In this document: piece after piece, positions 25,327-39,000 of the stretch
How the letters are laid out: each line of letters starts with the position of its first letter
Numbering within the stretch: the first letter of the stretch is position 1
Source: Leptogorgia sarmentosa
Lineage: Eukaryota
Length of the DNA stretch: 64,000 bases
Reading direction: 5' to 3'
Assembly (NCBI GenBank): GCA_964658305.1
Contig: OZ210885.1
Coordinates: forward strand, 25,296,001-25,360,000
Translations under genes and position numbers: made by a program
Notes under the pieces: model-generated
Databases searched by the model: none
Told to the model about the DNA's origin: nothing
What the model saw: only the letters and a program-made list of their open reading frames with translations

Positions 25327-27290
25327 TTCATAAATATCAGATGGTTCAGCGCTCTTGCTCTATTCTCCACGAAGCTTACGACGTCGTCGAAGGTAATTTC
25401 TCTCGATTTACAATTTGTAATGTCATCTGCAAGATCGCGCCACCTTGACCTCAAAGCGAATGGCAATTTCTCGATAATCTTGAACAGGCTATCAGGATTC
25501 TCAATCTTTCCAAGATAACCGATTTCTTTTAAAGTGTTTTTACAACTGATCAATAAAACCAAGAATTGCTGAAGCGCGTGACCATCTTCTGCCTTTATTG
25601 GAGGAAATTGATCAATCCGATCAAAATATGTGGTACCTATCTTGTAATTTTGTCCGTATTTTTCTTTAAGTAGTCTTCTGGCTTCTTTATATCCCTCTTG
25701 TGGTTTCATGGATAGACAACTTCGTACTAGATCTTGAACTTCTCCTGAAGTATACTGTACCAAGTAGAAAAGTCTCGCGCTATCACTCGATGTTTTAGTT
25801 TCGATTAGGTTTTGGATGGATCGCACGAAATAGCAGTAAGCTATCGGGTCACCATTTAACGTTGGAACTTGTACGTCGGGCAGCGACATTGACATCGCCA
25901 TTTCTTGATGGTGGCTTAGAATTTGCTGGAACTGTTGGTTACGGACTTGCTGCATCTGATACATCTGCTGTGCTTGTTGTTGTTGTTGCTGCTGTATATC
26001 GACCATGTTCCGTAAAAAGTTCTCCGCAATTTCTGAACTTGCTTCGCTTTCTCTTTCATGTCTATTTGGGTTCAGTTTGTCTCTAGTCGGTTGTGGTGTC
26101 CACTCTGGTGCATCAAGGTTAATATTTGTTTCTGATAAGCCTTTCAATTTGGGTTGTGGCTCTGTGTTTGTTCTATTCTTTTGGTCTTTGTCGCTTTTAG
26201 TGGGCGACATGGGCAACATTAGCATCGCTTCATTGTATACTCTCTCTTCGGCCTCGGCTTTTGCGAGCTGTATGTCGAATTGTAATTCACGATTCTTGTG
26301 TTCTAGCTTTAATTTCTCGTGTTCTAACGCTTGCTGTTTAACAAATGATGCCTTGTCAGCCTCTATCTCAGCTATTCTCGCCATGACTGTCAAACGGGCA
26401 CCCATTGCAGAACTTGATTTAGAGCGATAACTAGATTTAGAAATACGCGAACTTGCCAGTCGCTTGGCTTCACATCGGTTTCATCAACATCGCTTCGTAA
26501 TTTGCCTTCCAAATTTGTTAGCCATTCTTTTAATGTTATATTAAAGTTTTCAATTTGATTTGTTTCGCCTTGTAAATATTCTTCTGAATCGATTTTGTCA
26601 TACTCGTCCGTAATCATCGAATGGTAGGCTGAATGGGCAAGGAAGAAACCTTCTGACAGATCTTCGAATTCTTTAATCTTATTTCGAACCTCCGGTGCTG
26701 TGCGAGAGCTGTTTATCCACTCAGTGATCTGTTTAATTTTCTTAGTAATATTCGCTTTAGAGGCCGATCGTTTTCTTCTTAATTGTTGCAGGTCGAGCAT
26801 ATCGTTTAATTGATTTTCTGTCTGATCAATATGGGTAGAATTTTTGCTGTGTGTAGACATACCGGCTCTTCTTTCACGATGATTGTCTAGTACAACATTC
26901 TATGTGAGTAAATTTTTGAACATGTGTGGGTTTGAGACTCCGGACACGAATTTGAACACGTTGAGTTTTCGTTCTTTAATACGGTTCAACTACATCATAC
27001 AAATAAATAAAGATACACAACTAGGCGATATACATTAAACGGGAAATATAAATTACAAGTAACAACTTAGACATAACATTTACTTACAAATTTAGTTCTC
27101 TGTCCGGGTAGAAGGGTAGAAATATAGTTCTTAGTCGTACTCCCGTCGAAGTTGAATTTGAAGACTCAAAAATTTACCGCCTCATGGCTTTTATACTACA
27201 TTAACATACATGCATAATTATTCATTCCGGTTTCGACAATAACAGCAAGATACCTTGGCAATGCTATGGTAATACGTTGAGGTAATAAGG
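25327..27290 (-). mobile_element. BEL/Pao LTR retrotransposon 5' fragment (LTR remnant + gag)
   Basis: ORFs 26860-26390 and 26405-25327 with DUF1759-like motifs (GDPIAY..F..SI..LIE, RLFYLVQYTSGE, KLPFALRSRW). The probable LTR ends ..CACA at 26904; its start is not resolved. Confidence 0.8.
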
Positions 27291-27295
27291 GGATG

Positions 27296-29160
27296 ATGTA
27301 ATGTAATGTAAGAACTTTATTTCAAGGGGGTAAGCGCGTTATAACTGAAAAATTTGCGGCCCTCAATATACTATAAATATATACAATTGGTATAAAATAT
27401 TAAATTACTGGAGCATGCTATATAAAATACGAAATATGATACATGGATATATATAAAATACTATACTCTGAGAGACCTACTTCTCAGACAAGGTAAAACA
27501 AGAGATGTTAACATATTTATCAAACATTAACTTTCTATACGAGTTTTTAAAACCATTTAAAGTTGGTAGATTATGGAGACTGTTCCATAAACGAGTTACT
27601 GTGACTGAAAAAGAATTTCCACCGTGTTATTCGTATTTATAACTTGGACAATAAAGATTAATATGTCCGTTTCTTGTGGTTCTGTTGTGGATATCACTAT
27701 TTCTTGGGAGGATATTCGTGAGATAATCTGGCGTATCACCATGCAATCTTTTGTGTACAAGAGTGCATTTAAGAAGCTTAGACTCATCGTAAAAAGTAAG
27801 CCAACCAAGTTTCATAAAGAGATTAACGCTATTCTTGAACCTGTCCGCCTTTAGAATAACCTGAGCCGCTCATTTTTGTAGCTTCAGAACTTTGTTGAGG
27901 TTTTCAGTTGAACATGATGTCCAAACTGAGGAGCCATACATCATACAGGGCTTAATAGTAGCATCATAGAACAGTTTCCATTCTTTTAATGGCAAGAAGG
28001 ATCTTATTTTTCTTAATACTCTGATTCTTTTAGATGAGATGCAAAGATCAGAACGAGAGTAAGGGCCCCCACTGTTATGAATCTTCCGTTATCAATCTTG
28101 CCCATTCTATCTAAACTCTTCGAGAGGCATGTCAGTAATATGTTATACGAATACTTGGAGAATAACAAAGTAATTCACCATCTTCAATCTGGTTTTAGGA
28201 AAAAGTACTCAACAGAAACTGCTTTAATCAGACTCGTTGACCAGCTCGAGTTGGATAAAAATAAAGTAAGTGGCCTGATATTTATAGACTATAAAAAGGC
28301 ATTTGATTTTGATCTCATCCATCATGAGACCCTCCTGGATAAACTTGCTGCATGTGGTATCTCTTTAAACAAATTCTTCTGGTATTCCCTCTTCGCATAT
28401 TTCATTTTATTGTTACACAAGTTTCTTAATTTCTTGTATAAATTCCAGTCCTCTTCAGTCTTTGTCCTATGACACTTTTTTAATACCCAATCTCTACTCG
28501 CCATAAGCTTCCTGATGTCTGAGTTTATCCAAGGGCATGGTTTTCCCCTTACTGTCATTGGCATTAAATACTAGTCTCCAATCAACAGTCTTAAAATCCT
28601 CTTTCATCAACTGCGGGTCATACAATGAAAATTTCGACAATTAATGATTGTATTAGCAAATTTATTATTGTGTAATTTGCGTGAGCAACCAACCATATCA
28701 TGGTCACTTATGCTCATTGGGAAAACACCACTCTCTGATATATTCGTTTGATTGTTTACTAAGATTGTTTATTAAGTCAATCGGTGTTGACGAGTCCTTT
28801 GAGACTCGAGTAAAACCGTACAGCCAAACCAGCGCTTAAAAATCTTTGTGTTCATCTTGCTTTAAGAAGTTCATGTTAAACTCCCCCATAATAATATCTT
28901 TTCCCTCTCTTACGCTTTCCCAAAGTGTCTCGCAAAGTAAACCATTAAAATTAGTCGGCAAATGATTCAAGGTGTCTGGGGGTCTATAATACACTCCTAT
29001 GAAGGAAACTTCTTGTGCTCTTGATAATAACTTCAACCCACATACCCTCTACATCATCATTTTGCAAATCATAGCACCTTTCCCATTTAATATTATCCTT
29101 AATAAACAAAGCTAAACCACCACCTTTTCTGTCTATTATTCTTCAAGAAGGTATAACCAG
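27296..29160 (-). mobile_element. CR1-group (L2/Crack-like) LINE remnant with internal deletion and inversion
   Basis: APE motifs (GVYYRPP, IMGEFN, SDHDMV), PWINSDIR, and C-terminal MYGSSVW and LGWL; 3' tail AATAAA + (TTACA)n. An RT segment at about 28045-28352 (QSGFRKKYSTETAL, IDYKKAFD) is on the + strand. Confidence 0.85.
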
Positions 29161-29329
29161 GCATTGCAAACAGCGCTTCATTATCATTATTAGCGCATTA
29201 TTATTATCAGCGCTTCATTAATCCCGTCAATAATACATGCAGTGAAATTAGGCGTGTACACAAATTGGTACGATCATTGGAATTATTGCAAGATCTTTGC
29301 GACCAATGGAGTGTGCAACACCAACAGAA

Positions 29330-30675
29330 TCATGGTTTTTCTTTGATAGCATGTGACATGACTATCAAACAAACCTTGAATACAGATTCAAAAACTAGGA
29401 GGTAACAAGGAAATTGATTTATAATTTGCCGTGCTCAATGATCATATATTACCTCAAGGTAACCTGCGATATGGCATATATTACATATTTGTATATTTAT
29501 AACATTTTAGGTATGGTCGGGATAACATTGAACAGGGGTGCTATGAAAAGATGGATTGTTGCCCAATCTGACAGGTCTTCTGTCACAGAGAGTGTATGAA
29601 AATGGCTGGCATCGATCCAACTAAAAGGCATGTTTGTAAATTATCTGCCACTACACGTATACAGGATAATTTGAAACTGATACCGAAATAACAGATGATT
29701 CACTTGTCAAGTGGGCTAACAGCTACACCAGATGTAAAGGAGGGCTTACTGAGAACAAAACAACGAGGTGAAGAATGCGTGATTGCTTTCCTGAGAGAGA
29801 GGTTACTAGTTCCAGAGCCCGATATCTTCTCAACGATTCCCAAGCTAAAATTAAAAACCTTTTCGTTCAACAAAAGGTATGGAGGCCACCCTTAAGAACA
29901 ACCATAACCTGTTCGCTCAAATGCTCTTGCTTGCACAAAGTAGAAACGTAGACATGAAGGAAGCGCTCACTTATTCCTTGGGTCCATTTCCTTTGTCTCT
30001 TTCAACTTGCACAGGACCCAAAAAAGCAAGCTGATGACGCTGATAAAAAAAGTGTTCAAAATCACAGTCGACAATGTTCCCGAGGGAAACGCAATCATTC
30101 TTGATGGAATGCCACTCATCCAGGCAACAAAGAAGCTATCTGCATCGTTTGGAGAATTTGCCGAGCAACCGTTTTTGAGAGTGATAAAGTTGGCAATTTA
30201 CCACAAATCTTCACGTGTCGATTTCGTGATAAATAGATATCCTGGTGTGAGCATTAAAAACCTCGAACGGAATAAATGGGCAAGTGGTGGATTAGCAATA
30301 ATCACTACAAAAACTACCGGTTTCTTAAGAATGGTTGAAACAAAGAAGCACTCATTCGGTTTTTGTTTGAACAATGGTGCACGTACACATCGATGATGTT
30401 CACTGGTATTGTGGTTTACGTTTGTCATGACTACAAGTGCCATCGTCTTCAGCCAGGACATGACGACGAACCTAACATTATTTGAGAAATTGAGGGATTA
30501 TCTTGTGACCACAAAGAAGCCGACACCATAATGCTACTATGTGTAAATCATGCATCATGAACTATTCTTTGAAACAGGTTTAAATGAGAAAACACATATT
30601 ATAGATGTCAAATGTGTTCAACAGCAAATAGGTGAGAAAGAAAGCCAAGCATTGATTGGTTTTCACACATATACC
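29330..30675 (+). pseudogene. Academ-type transposase/XPG-like fragment
   Basis: GMVGITLN..AMKRW, KLKLKTF, LTYSLGPFPLSL, AIILDGM, RVDFVINRY..SIKNLER and HKEADT motifs, collinear with the 50818-62501 element. Confidence 0.7.
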
Positions 30676-31149
30676 AGTAAGCAATTACCTAAGCAATTAC
30701 CTAATTATTATAATATTATGGAAACTTTATTAATAAACTTTTATAGTAATTATAATAAATATAAGATATTATAATAATCTGCATAGCGGCGTCCAAAGTT
30801 GCTTGATTTGGTGGCCATTTTGGTTCAAGGTGTAAGAACAAAATGTGTAAGGGTGGTCATCACTGATCTCAAAAATATGGCGGACTGTCATGAAGGGCGA
30901 ACACTAAAGGCTTTAGAAAAGTGGAAAACAAAGACGAAGACTCCTGAGAAGACATTAATGCTGGAAAGAAACTTTATATCCACGAGAAGCGATGGATTGA
31001 AATACAAGACAAGCATATGTATTGTTTGCATAATTATAAAATTCTCGCATATTTATATAAATGGCTGGCTTGGCCGCATTCAATCTGTTTACAGTTCAAT
31101 TTAAGAAATAAATGTTACATACTTCCGGTCACTAAGAATATTATAATTT

Positions 31150-33245
31150 ATGTAATTGGGAGCACGTTGTTGTTGTAGAATGCTGCAGTGCTGAGCAGCG
31201 AGAATTTTGTAGTTTCCTTTTTGTTATTTTGTTATCAGTGAAATAAACATAATAAAAGTATAACGAAATTCGACGACTTCATTACATGGCGAACGTAAGC
31301 GAAGCAAGCGAGACATTTTAAACGAATTTACGTGAGCCGCGGCAGAGAATGAGGAGAGATTCAAGCGTTTGAAAGCGACAAGATCGGGCACTCGAGGAGT
31401 CATAATGAGATATGTCAACGAAGCGGGCCAGTTGTTTAACCACGATGGCGATTTGGAAAATACGATGGAAAGGTTGAAAACTATTGCAAGTTTATTGAAT
31501 AAAAAAATCCAACAGGTAAAGGAACTCGACATCGAAATTCTAGACTTATGCGATGTCAGTATTATTGAGCGAGGAATCGAAGAATCAGAGGAGGTTTATT
31601 CATGTATGTGTGATGTTCAAGCCAAAATAACGAAGTTTACGAGCAGATCTGTTGGAATGATCAACAAATCCGAAGTAAAAGTTCACGAAACAACAAATAC
31701 AGAGCAAAATACGGATGGAAATCAATCCAGTTCTACATCGAGTCAATCGCCATGCACAGACACATATGTTCAGGGCACGGGTATGCACGTTCAAAACACG
31801 AACGCGTTAAAGCCAGGATTCGAGCATGCAAATTCCCAAGGTCGACACAAATTTAACACAAAATCAGCCTACAGCAGTGAGATCGAAATTGCCAAAGTTA
31901 GTCCTACCAAGATTTAAGAGCGATGTGACAAATTATAGGTCCTTCTGGGAGATGTTTGAAAGTGCTGTCCACAACAATGCATCATTAACCAATATCGATA
32001 AATTCAACTATTTGATGTCGCTGTTAGAAGGGCAAGCCCTACGGGCAATTAATGGGCTAGCTGTTACTGAAGAAAATTATCAAGCGGCAATAGATATCTT
32101 ACGTGAACGCTTTGGTAACACTCAGCAGTTAATTTCAGCTCACATGGACGAGCTTTTGAAATTGCAAACTTGTAGTGGTGAAAAATCAAGCCAGCTTCGT
32201 TACATTTATGATAAAGTCAGTGTGAATGTGAGGGGCCTCGAATCGTCAGGTGTTCACAGTGAGCAATATGGCAGTTTATTAATACCTGTGATAATGTCGA
32301 AGCTTCCCGCAGATGTCCGACTTCAAATAGTGCGAGGCACGCAAAATCCAGGTGATCTCGATACATGGAAAAAGACTTGGACTAGCTGTCGGATAGAAAT
32401 CCATTTTTCGATGGAAACAACTGAATATCTCCCATAATATACATTATTTCGATTCCATATTTTTGTCAAAGCTATAGTTCTCATAACCAAACATAATTAC
32501 AAAATTTCAACCAGGTTCATACAGAATTGTGAAAGATATAATCGAGTGAATATAGCAAAATGGATTTCTATTCGGACAAGCCTTTCTGAGCGCTGATTGG
32601 TTGAAACACGAACACAAGATCACCTGGATGATGTGTGGGTCATAAGTGATCTGCTAGCGATGATTCAAAGGGAAGTGGAAGCAAACGTGTTAAAACTAAC
32701 AACGAGGTCAGAAAACCAAGTCCAATGTCCAGGGCCATCAGTTCCACAACCTCTTTGACTGCACAGGGCACCCAAGCTAAGAGTTCATTCGCAATTAAGT
32801 GTGCTTATTGTACTGGTGTTTGCATTACTAGGCCTCTTGTGAAAGCATAACAACGTTAGGCAAGCATAAGGATATTTTGCAAAGTGGCCGATGTTTTGTT
32901 TGCCTACAGTTTGGGCATCGCTGTAACCAATGTTCGAAAAAATGTGGACAATGTAACGGAAGGCACCATCAATCAATTTTGTGAAAAACGATTGTCAGGT
33001 CCACGCAAACCATCCATCGAGCATGAGTCCCAGCAAGTGGAGAACACATCAGCTAAGATGGCAACGTCTACCTTTATTGTAGCAAATCAGACCGTGGCAG
33101 CCGCCAGGAATTCAAGAGGGAATAAGCGCAAAATATTTCTCCAAACAGCGACGACCCAAGCTTCGGCACAGGATGAACAGGTTCCAGTTCGCATCCTGAT
33201 GGACAGTGGAAGCCAGTGAACCTACATAACGGACACGTTAAACAC
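31150..33245 (+). mobile_element. BEL/Pao fragment (LTR end, PBS, gag, protease), decayed
   Basis: ..ATTACA at 31286 followed by TGGCG; KLPKLVLPRF..Y.SFWEMFESAVH, DKFNYL and protease ILMDSGSQ motifs. LTR start not resolved. Confidence 0.8.
32348..32627. mobile_element. 280-bp MITE with 2-bp (AT) TSD inside BEL gag
   Basis: TIR CCAGGTGATCT / AGATCACCTGG. Removing it restores gag TQNDVWVISDLLAMIQREVEA. Confidence 0.75.
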
Positions 33246-33799
33246 AGGGATACGATTTTGATACCTGGCACGCTTCGTCAAGAACTTGTTGGTACAGCTA
33301 ATCTCGAACTGAGCATCGTTTGGTGTCATTGGTATTCTCCGTCCATTTATCAAGCATGAAGGTGTCAGAGGGTACGAAACCCCTTCCTGTTCGTCGTAAA
33401 TATATGTAAGCGGTCTACTGTTTAAAGTAGCTTCTATGTCGATCAAAATTGTTTCCAATTCTTCAAACGTAAGAGACTTACGCCCGAGTGACTTCTTTAA
33501 ACATCTCTTTACACTCCTATGGTGCTTTTTTAGGTTCAAAATATACTGTTGTAAATTTATCGATATTTCTACGCGAAGGATAACAATTTGCCGTTTATAC
33601 ATGAATTTATCGAATAAAAATTCCTTTAATTATTCGAAATTTGTCGAAACGTAACTATAGAACAATTTTAATGAATTCGTCGATTATATAAATTCTTCGA
33701 TAATGCCTTGCGACCTTGGTGAATTGAGCCCGCAGATCTCGGAGGAGGATAATGAAATTATCAAAACTTCATTTAATTATGCTAAGAATTTTCAACAAA

Positions 33800-35572
33800 A
33801 TGGCGGAGGCTAATGTTGTAAATTTGTATTCATCACGATTAAGACAGACCCTTCTTGATCTTTCTAGAAGATTGCAGTCTAGCCCAGACGAGAACGTTTT
33901 AGACTTCGTTATATTTCGTTTAGAACAAATATGTGGTTCGAACGGGGATCGAACGGGGAACAGATTTAACACAACCTTTCATGCTATTTTAGATGTTATT
34001 TCTTTGCTTCGAGATTTAAGTTTACAAAATAGATCTTTTCCACGCGTCTTAGAACAAACCAGAAGCAACTCAGTGGGAAGACCGAAATTTGTGATCACCA
34101 GGGAACAACTGGTCTACATGCTTGAATATGACATCTCAGTACCAAACATTGCACATGTCCTTGGAGTGTCTCAAAGTACAATAAAAAGGCGGCTTAGAGA
34201 ATATGGTATTTCCATCCGAAGCGACCACTGCCTTAACTGATATAGCACTGGATGAACTTGTAAGAGGTGTGCAGGAACAATTTCCAAATGCTGGATATCG
34301 AAGAATTTATTCTGTGCTGAGGTCGAGATCAATAAGAGTCACTCAGGCAAGAGTTAGAGATTCATTGCACAGGACTGATCCTGAAGGTGTGGCGATGAGA
34401 TGGTTGTCAATCACTCCTAGACGGGTGTACAGTGTTAGAGGTCCTCTTTCCTTATGGCATATAGATGGCAATCACAAACTCATTCGGTAATTAATTTCTA
34501 ATTATAAATCAATCATATTTTATGGAAAGCTTAAAATGAAAATCTAATATGCTTAATTATCTCAATTGTATAGATGGAGGATTGTAGTGCATGGAGGGGT
34601 TGATGGCTATACACGCATACCAGTATACTTGAAGTGTAGTACAAATAATCAAGCTGATACCGTGCTACAATTGTTTCAGGACGCTGTGGCCGAATACGGA
34701 TTACCATCAAGAATAAGATCTGACAAAGGTGGTGAAAATGTCCTTGTATCAATATTCATGCTCAATCATCCACTAAGAGGCCCAGGTTGAGGTAGTATGA
34801 TTGTGGGCAAAAGTGTGCACAATCAGAGGATTGAGCGATTATGGAGGGATGTCTTTGATGGAGTTTTATATATATATTACCATCTCTTTTATCACTTGGA
34901 AGATTCCTTAATTATTGACCTAACAAATGAAATGCACTTTTTTGCATTGCATTTTGTTTATGTGCCAAGAATAAATAATCATCTTGACCTTTGGAAAGCA
35001 GGATATGTTCACCACCATATTAGGACTGCTGAAAACCGTACACCTATGCAGCTGTACATCCTTGGCTTACTAAGAATGCGTGGAAATGGTTTTACTGAAT
35101 TAGATTATTTGGAAAATGTTCCGGAGGTAAGTATGATAAAATCTGATCAGTAATTTGAAAATTGAGTGTTTTAATCAAACAAAATCACTCATTGAGCAGC
35201 AGCTCTCTCCACTTGACGAGTAAAATAGTCTGACATTAGACAGTAAAACACCAAAAGTGGAGCACACTGCAGTTCAAAGGATTGACAGTGGGCGCATGGT
35301 TAAATTAATTTATTCAGTAGCAGACTGTCCACTTGATTGATTACTGAATTTTAATCTAGGAGGATTTAGAATCATATGGCATTGATTATGACGATCCTGT
35401 GCCATTAGAGTCAGATGAAGTAAACAACATTGTTGTTCCTCCCACAAACAACCCATGTTCCCGAGAAAGATACCAAGAGCTTGTCCAATTAATTAACCCA
35501 ACCAGACAGAGTGATAACTACGGAATTGATATTCTCTTGGATGTCCTGGCTTTTCTGCAAGCATCAATATAG
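33800..35572 (+). pseudogene. IS3/IS481-like DDE transposase, 3 exons, with a frameshift at about 34225 and a TGA at 34788
   Basis: [37 protein letters not shown] and HNQRIERLWRDV; last exon YGIDYDDPVP..YGIDILL. Confidence 0.9.
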
Positions 35573-36059
35573 AGGTACTGAATACAAGTAAAGGTGGAGA
35601 TTATTCAAAGACCCTAATTAAATTGATTAATTAAGCTGTTTTCAAATCATAATTGTACTTTCATTATGCATTGACATAACACTCGTTCTATGATATATAT
35701 CTAGCCTCCGGTAAAAAGATGTAACAATGTGCCAATAATGATGAACACAAAGAATTTCAATACCAAATGCAACATATTGTTTCATAGTTTTGTCACATCA
35801 ATCGCTTTATCCCTCAAGATTGCAGGTTTTAGAGTTACAGACTTACAGTTTACGGTAAAGATTGCTATAAGATGCGTCAAACGCTCAAAAAACTAAACTA
35901 AATGTGAGAAGGTTCAATTAGTAGAACACCACAATTCCACGACAAAAAAAATTCAGGCCGCGCCCAAAACATGTGACCACGCCCACAAAAACCATGTAGC
36001 CATGCCCACATTTCAGCAATTGAAATCCTGGCTAATACCTTGCTGGTGGCAAACTCTGG

Positions 36060-39000
36060 GTAATCTTTAAGCAATGAAAAAAACCTTAACTAAATTCATC
36101 ACAAATTTCTGACAAAGAGCTCAGTGGTAACTAACCTTGTTCACTGCTCTCATCAATGAAATGTAGAAGCATAACTTTCACAACATGGTCACCACATAAG
36201 GGAGGGAATCTGAGTTTACTTTTGACAATACTGGCATTCACTAAATTCTCTGTCCATGTGAACAATGGTGCCAAAATGTCAGGATGATCGGTTATATTTC
36301 GTCCAAAACACCATTTATTTTAAGGCCTTCCTTCAACTGGTCCAGAAGAACTTTACGTTTATTTAAAACAAAATGGCACAATATGCATTGCACAATTTCA
36401 TTCTTGTTTTCAAGCTAAAAGAAAAGAACAACAACTTAATGGTAATACAGTTGTACTCACACAGTCACACCTTGAAATATTACTAGATAAAACCATGTTT
36501 ATACTATAGGTACTGGTTAGACTGTACTTACAGATAAAATTGAAGTGTTTCCAATGTCTGACAGTATGTCGATGAAAGTGCTATCCCCATTCAGCTCATC
36601 CACATCCAATTTTGAACTTGCCTTGACAACCTTTAATGCAAAAAAGACGAAATTAAAACTACTACAAATGCTAACTAACTGAAATACCACATTTTTTTTC
36701 TATATTCATCTTTTGTAGATATGCTGCAATCTCTGGATCATGCACATCAGACAGTTCTGCAAATGAGATTGCCTTTCTGATGTCACCATATACAATGTAC
36801 CAGTAACACACTGGTGAAAGCCTAGATAAACCTAATCCACATTGGGAAACAGAGTGTGCGATCATTTTTCCAATGGCCTCTATGATGCCAGCACAGGCTT
36901 TAGGACACATTCGCCTTGACATTACAATAAGAATTTATACATATAAATACCGTATACAGCTTCTGATGCTAAGTCGTTATTTGCTTGCATATTCATGAAA
37001 TTCTCCGTCATTTCCATATTTATATTGTGCCCAGAAGTTCAAGAAAAGCTTCGTTCGGTTCAATATATCCGCCATATTGTATGTACTAGCACCCAAGCCA
37101 CACAGGATGTAAATCTCGCGCGGAAAATTATGCACGCAGTATAGCGCAACTAGAAATATAGAGGGTAGGAACAAACACCAATCACTCGCAATATCGACGT
37201 TCGAAGCGAAAGGAATGGATGCTTCCATATACGGCATAAACGTGTCCCCAACTTCCATATATGGCACAAACGTGTCCTCGCAGCTGAAATGAATATTGGC
37301 GGGTAAATTTGAACGCAAAATACCTTCAGTAATATGGAACAGCATGTGAACTGCGTATATTATGGCAAGGAGAACTTTAGTATGTAAGTCTAACCAATTG
37401 TTTATTCTTAAATTGTAGTATTCTTCAACAAATAGTTCTTGCAGTTGAAAAGCTGAATGCGAAATGTGATTATAAATACGTCATATGATTCCTCCCGCTT
37501 CGAACGATTTAAACATATCACGTGGTACAGAATTCGCGTATTTGATTGGGTTAAAGAGTGACAACGCCCACTTTGTTCCTACCCTCTATATTTCTAGTTG
37601 CGCTATATCGCGTGCATAATTTTCCGCGCGAGATTTACATCGTGTGTGGCTTGGGTGCTAGTACATACAATATGGCGGATATATTCAACCGAACGAAGCT
37701 TTTCTTGAACTTCTGGGTACAATATAAATATGGAAATGACGGAGAATTTCATGAATATGCAAGCAAATAACGACTTAGCATCAGAAGCTGTATACGGTAT
37801 TTATATGTATAAATTCTTATTGTAATGTCAAGGCGAATGTGTCCTAAAGCCCGTGATGCCAGAGAAAACAATTCGGCTACTATATGCTGGTAAAAGTCTT
37901 TTAGGAGGCCCTTCAAACAGCCTAAGACCATCATCATCCCCATTCGCCAACTTTGCATACACCTTATCGAAAAACTCCCTACAAACACCCCCTGTGTCAA
38001 TTGCTGGCTGGTTAGAAAACGTTATCCTCAAAGGACGAGATGCATCAAACCCAGAATCTTTGTATATGACAAGAGCATCGGAGAGTAAGCGATCGTCATC
38101 AGTTGTAACTCTTAAAAAAGGCCCATTCAGCTTTTTTCCAAGACGTTTGATAATAGATGGAATGTCTGAAATTAATTACAATGACTTACAAATTAATGAA
38201 ATCACTAATAATTAATATGTAATTTTATTTATTTCAAAGTGATAAACTATTACAATTTACAATACTTCATTACAATATTTCATTTGCATAAATGTCAATT
38301 TTCTTCTGCTCACTTTTGTTGCTTACCATTTTTTTCATTATTTTGGGATTTGAATAGAATTGATGCCAATGGCCTATTAAATAATTCTTCATCTCCACTG
38401 CTATCATCACTATCAACTGATACTAAAAACAACCCAATGATTAATTCACTGTAATTATTTCCTATATAAAAACTATATAATTTAAAGTTTGTACCTATGT
38501 TGTGTGAAACACTAGTTTGATTGTTTTGTTCCTCTTGTTCCTGGAAAGCATTTGTCTCTAAAGGACCAATAAAGAATAAGAAGTTGGTTTTCCAAAAAAA
38601 AAATACTCAAGAGTAAGAATAAGGTGTATTTACTCAGGATGAGACCATTCTCATACAGGGTGGATTTTGGCAGCTGGCAAAGGGGTGCTCCAACTCTTTT
38701 CTGCCTAGCTCTAAAGTTACAGTAGTGTAGTGTGTTCAATAAATAATTATTATTAGTAATAGAATTATTCTAAAAATTTGTTGCCATTGAAGATTTGTAT
38801 CTTCAACTCAACTTATAGATCCTGAAATATTCACCTTTTGTTAAAACAATGTCAACAGCTTTATTGATATCTTCATTCGCTTCTGTACAAGCTGCACTCA
38901 ATACAGCATGTTCAAGATTTGGAAATATATTCTGCAAAGCTTGATCAAGATTTTCTGCACAAAAAAATTCAGAGAATATGATGCTCAACAAAATGCTTTC

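Noticed and set aside
36977..37770. Duplicated ORFs ending GEFHEYASK
   Set aside because: They arise from the two TIRs of the 964-bp insert.
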